The notes under the pieces were generated by a model. The model was not told the origin of the DNA and ran no database searches. It saw only the letters and a list, made by a program, of their open reading frames with translations. The translations under genes were made by a program, and so were the position numbers. From NCBI GenBank assembly GCA_951406725.2, contig OX597829.1, positions 26,536,001-26,600,000 on the forward strand: a stretch of DNA of 64,000 nt. The letters are read 5' to 3'. This document shows positions 60,814 to 64,000 of the stretch, piece by piece. This DNA comes from Octopus vulgaris (taxonomy: Eukaryota). Every line of letters starts with the position of its first letter. Positions within the stretch are counted from its first letter, which is position 1.

Positions 60814-61595
60814 GTATATATGTATGTATGTCTGTATGTATGTATGTAGGTATGTATGTATGTATGTATGTATGTATGCATGTATAATTTTTCTTTGAGG
60901 ATGTTCAAACCGGTCACTAACAAAGCAACATGACTTTTTGAGTTAAGAGAGTTCCCTGTGTTTCTAGATATGTGGTTCAGTTGATACGTCGGTTGAACTG
61001 TCGATGCATACGTCCAAGTATGTGCATCTATTCACATTAAGAATCTCACATGGAGAATTTCTGGAATGTTTTACAAATCTTCACTGTGCCACTAGTAAAT
61101 CGGACTGGAGAATCCAATCTGTATGTATGTGTATGTATTTATCCAACATGTATGTTTGTATGTGTATGTATGCATGCATACATACACTTAAAAAAAAATC
61201 TTCTTGCACAGCCATTGCACGATAACAACATTGATTAAGCTTCGTGCAATGGCCATACTCGATAACGATGGGGCAGCCACCATGTATGTATGTATGTAAA
61301 CGTATATACTATATAGATTTATTGAACCGAATGCCTTTTGATGTCACCTCCGCAAGCACTTGGAGTACATGATCATCTCACCAGCGGTAACGGACCACGG
61401 CTAAGGTTCTAGAGCAGCTGCTAAGGGGATATTGAGAGGATCCTCTTTCAGTGTGTGTTTTATTTTACTTGTATAAGCCACTACATATTTTATCTGTCTC
61501 TTTTGCTAAACTGCTATCTTACGGGAACGGACGTAAACAAACCAGCACCAGTTGTCAAATCATGTTGTGGTAACAAACACCCTTACATGCACATA

Positions 61596-62504
61596 CGAAA
61601 TAGTATCAAAAAGTTCCCGGACTAGTTCTGTAGCGCGCCAACAGATGGCAGCACACGGTTGCGTGCGTAATGAGAGTTATCAGTGATCTTCATGAGGCAG
61701 TGTGCCGAGTGACATCGCTGCATCTATTTCGCATGTTGTGAAATTTGTGCTTTTGTGATCACGTGTATGCTGTAGTCTGCGATTTTGTCATGGACAGGAA
61801 CAAAGAGCCAACGTGAAATTTTACGTTAAACTTGGGAAGTCTGCTACAGAGACACTGGGTATGCTCCGGTAAGCTTAGGCGACTAGACATTGCGTTGTAC
61901 GCAATGTTTCGGGTATCACGGACGCTTCATATGTGGAAGAACATCCATGGAATACGACGACCGTTCTGGAAGACCTCCCATGAGCGTCAACCCCGGAAAT
62001 GCGGTATTGCACATCGAGAATTCTCCCCCATCGAGAATTCTCCTCTGCGACGTTTTGAAGCGTTTGAAGGAAGACATTCGGCGAATGTGACTGAATCTGT
62101 GAAGCACGAAGAATTGGATTCTTCACAACGACAATTCACCAGTCACCGAGCTCTCCTCACTCGTGAGTCTCTCGCCAAAAGCAACAGGTATTACTTCCGA
62201 AACCCGCCCTTTTCGCCAGATTTAGCACCTGCGGACTTCCATCTCTTCTCCAAATTGGAAATGCAGCTCAAAGGTCGCCGTTTTAACTCTGTTGTCGAGA
62301 CACCAGAGCGAATCGCAGAAGATCCTCGACTCGCTTACAGAAAATGATTTCCATGCTGGATTCCAAAAGTGACAGGAACGCTGGTGTCGGTGTATTGTTG
62401 TAGAAAGTGACTATTTCGAAAGAGGTGATGTTAAAACTTAGATAAATAAGTTAGTTATTTTTCATCAAACATAACAAGTCCTGGAGCTTTTGTATACCAC
62501 CACG
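61596..62504 (+). mobile_element. Internally deleted mariner element with both TIRs
   Basis: TA-flanked TIRs cgaaatagtatcaaaaagttcccggactagtt and aacaagtcctggagcttttgtataccaccacg. Remnants EQRANVKFYVKLGKSATET, GRTSMEYDDRSGRP and PPFSPDLAPADFHLFSKLEMQLKGRRF. Confidence 0.9.
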
Positions 62505-62579
62505 TACGTACATATTTTAATAGGACTTGTTATGTTTGATGAAAAACAACTAACTTATTTATCTAAGTTTTAACATTTC

Positions 62580-62632
<53 letters not shown>

Positions 62633-62656
62633 GGAGTGAGAGAGAGACACACAGAC

Positions 62657-62749
<93 letters not shown>

Positions 62750-62782
62750 TGTATGTATGTATGTATGTATGTATGTATGTAT

Positions 62783-63585
62783 GTTGCTGACGACTCCCAA
62801 GACTATCACAGTTGGTAGGAACTTAGTATGCGTGATCGCTGGAACCACATTCGGGTCTCTGCGTAACCATCGATCGTTTCTTCGATTTACCTTTTGGTCT
62901 TGATCGAAGTTTTTCTCATTGGAGTAAAACCAAAGCATTCGAGCTTCTTGGTGTTTTAACTTGTTTAGCAAACGCTTCGCACAGATCGAACGATTCTCTC
63001 TCATCATATCCGAAATAAACTGATCCTTATGCATCACGTACGACTTGTACCGAATATCTTCATGGTCATCTCTTCTGACGGTGCATTCTGAAACTTTGAC
63101 GGTGCATTCTCTGGAATGGCTTTGATTGACTTTCCAGGGTTTTTGTCGGTTATTTCTTGGACTTTTTGAATGCAAAACACATGCCCTGTGCATGTGTTTT
63201 GCATTTAACTACTGATGTTGGATCTTTGATAACAGCTTCCAGCTCCATTTCAAAGTTTGGCAATGAAAGAGTGGGCAATTTTCAGGAAGCTAGCTATCTC
63301 CGTATCACTATGCTGCGCTTTTTAAGGAAACAATTACAGTGTCCCTTTTCATTTGCTGAATCAATTTGATGTCTGACATTATTTATCTGAATAGTAAGTG
63401 GGGTTAAAGGGATATAATATCCGGGCGGATACCGTATTGGCTCTCAGTTAAGTTCCACTTACCAGCTGACTACAACAATCAGTATCTAACGTCTGTGACT
63501 ACACTTAGTTGTTAGTCACATTGTGAATTCTTCTAATGGATAGTTCCGTGTTTTCTTCACTGGACAGGAAAAATTGTCTGGAGTG
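62783..63585 (-). mobile_element. 5' half of a maT/DD37D-like element
   Basis: ATG at 63379 (MSDIKLIQQMKRDTVIVSLKAQHSDTEIASFLK) and ORF segment HEDIRYKSY..LWFYSNEKNFDQDQKVNRRNDRWL..TKFLPTVIVLGVVSN. Truncated at (TATG)n. Confidence 0.82.
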
Positions 63586-63590
63586 TATAT

Positions 63591-63836
63591 TAACATTAAT
63601 AATAATAAAGAGTATAGGGATCTGTGCATCCTCAAAATTTATTTTATAGTTATATACAGCATATTATAATGACCTACACGTGTTTCCGCTGCAGCGGCTA
63701 CTCACTGTTGCATATGCAACAGTGAGTAGTCGCTGCAACGGAAACACGAGTAGGTCATTATAATATGCTGTATATAACTATAAAATAAATTTTATGTATG
63801 CACAAATCTCTATATTCTTTATCATTATTAATATTA
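63591..63836. repeat. Spacerless ~245-bp palindrome carrying hammerhead-like half motifs on both strands
   Basis: Centre tgttgcat|atgcaaca at 63713/63714. The arms match with scattered substitutions, and each carries GAA-ACACG(T/A)GT-A. Confidence 0.95.
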
Positions 63837-64000
63837 CTAGCAGAAAGACCGCCCTCCGGCGGTTTTCTGCTAGCCCCTCGATAATATATTCACATTTGAT
63901 CCCCAGTTGTTATAATTCTTATATTTTACGTCTTGTTATTTCTTTATATAATAGTGCTCACTTGCTTAGTAAGTATTGCTTTCATTATTTTACCACAGTC

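Overview
This is AT-rich, extremely microsatellite-dense eukaryotic (animal) non-coding DNA. The SINE families and repeat landscape look like an octopus/coleoid cephalopod genome; that assignment is from pattern recall, not a database result. No intact host gene can be supported, and nearly all ORFs in the supplied track are translations of (TA)n, (CA)n, (TATG)n or (TAGA)n repeats. The real content is: decayed LINEs (one APE-endonuclease ORF2 fragment and two RTE-type copies); at least three tRNA-derived SINE families in many copies; Tc1/mariner-superfamily relics (mariner, maT/DD37D-like, a full-length DD41D element, an IR/DR-type Tc1 end); and a complete non-autonomous Helitron. The most interesting layer is a set of about 10-14 small type I hammerhead-ribozyme (HHR) motifs from several unrelated sequence families. 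Three or four have essentially complete folds, and one has a compensatory G3-C8 core. They sit beside (TA)n tracts, often within or next to long fold-back palindromes or tandem repeats and upstream of AATAAA, as expected for non-autonomous Penelope-like or retrozyme-type elements. The window also has many short fold-back inverted duplications of otherwise unrelated sequence.
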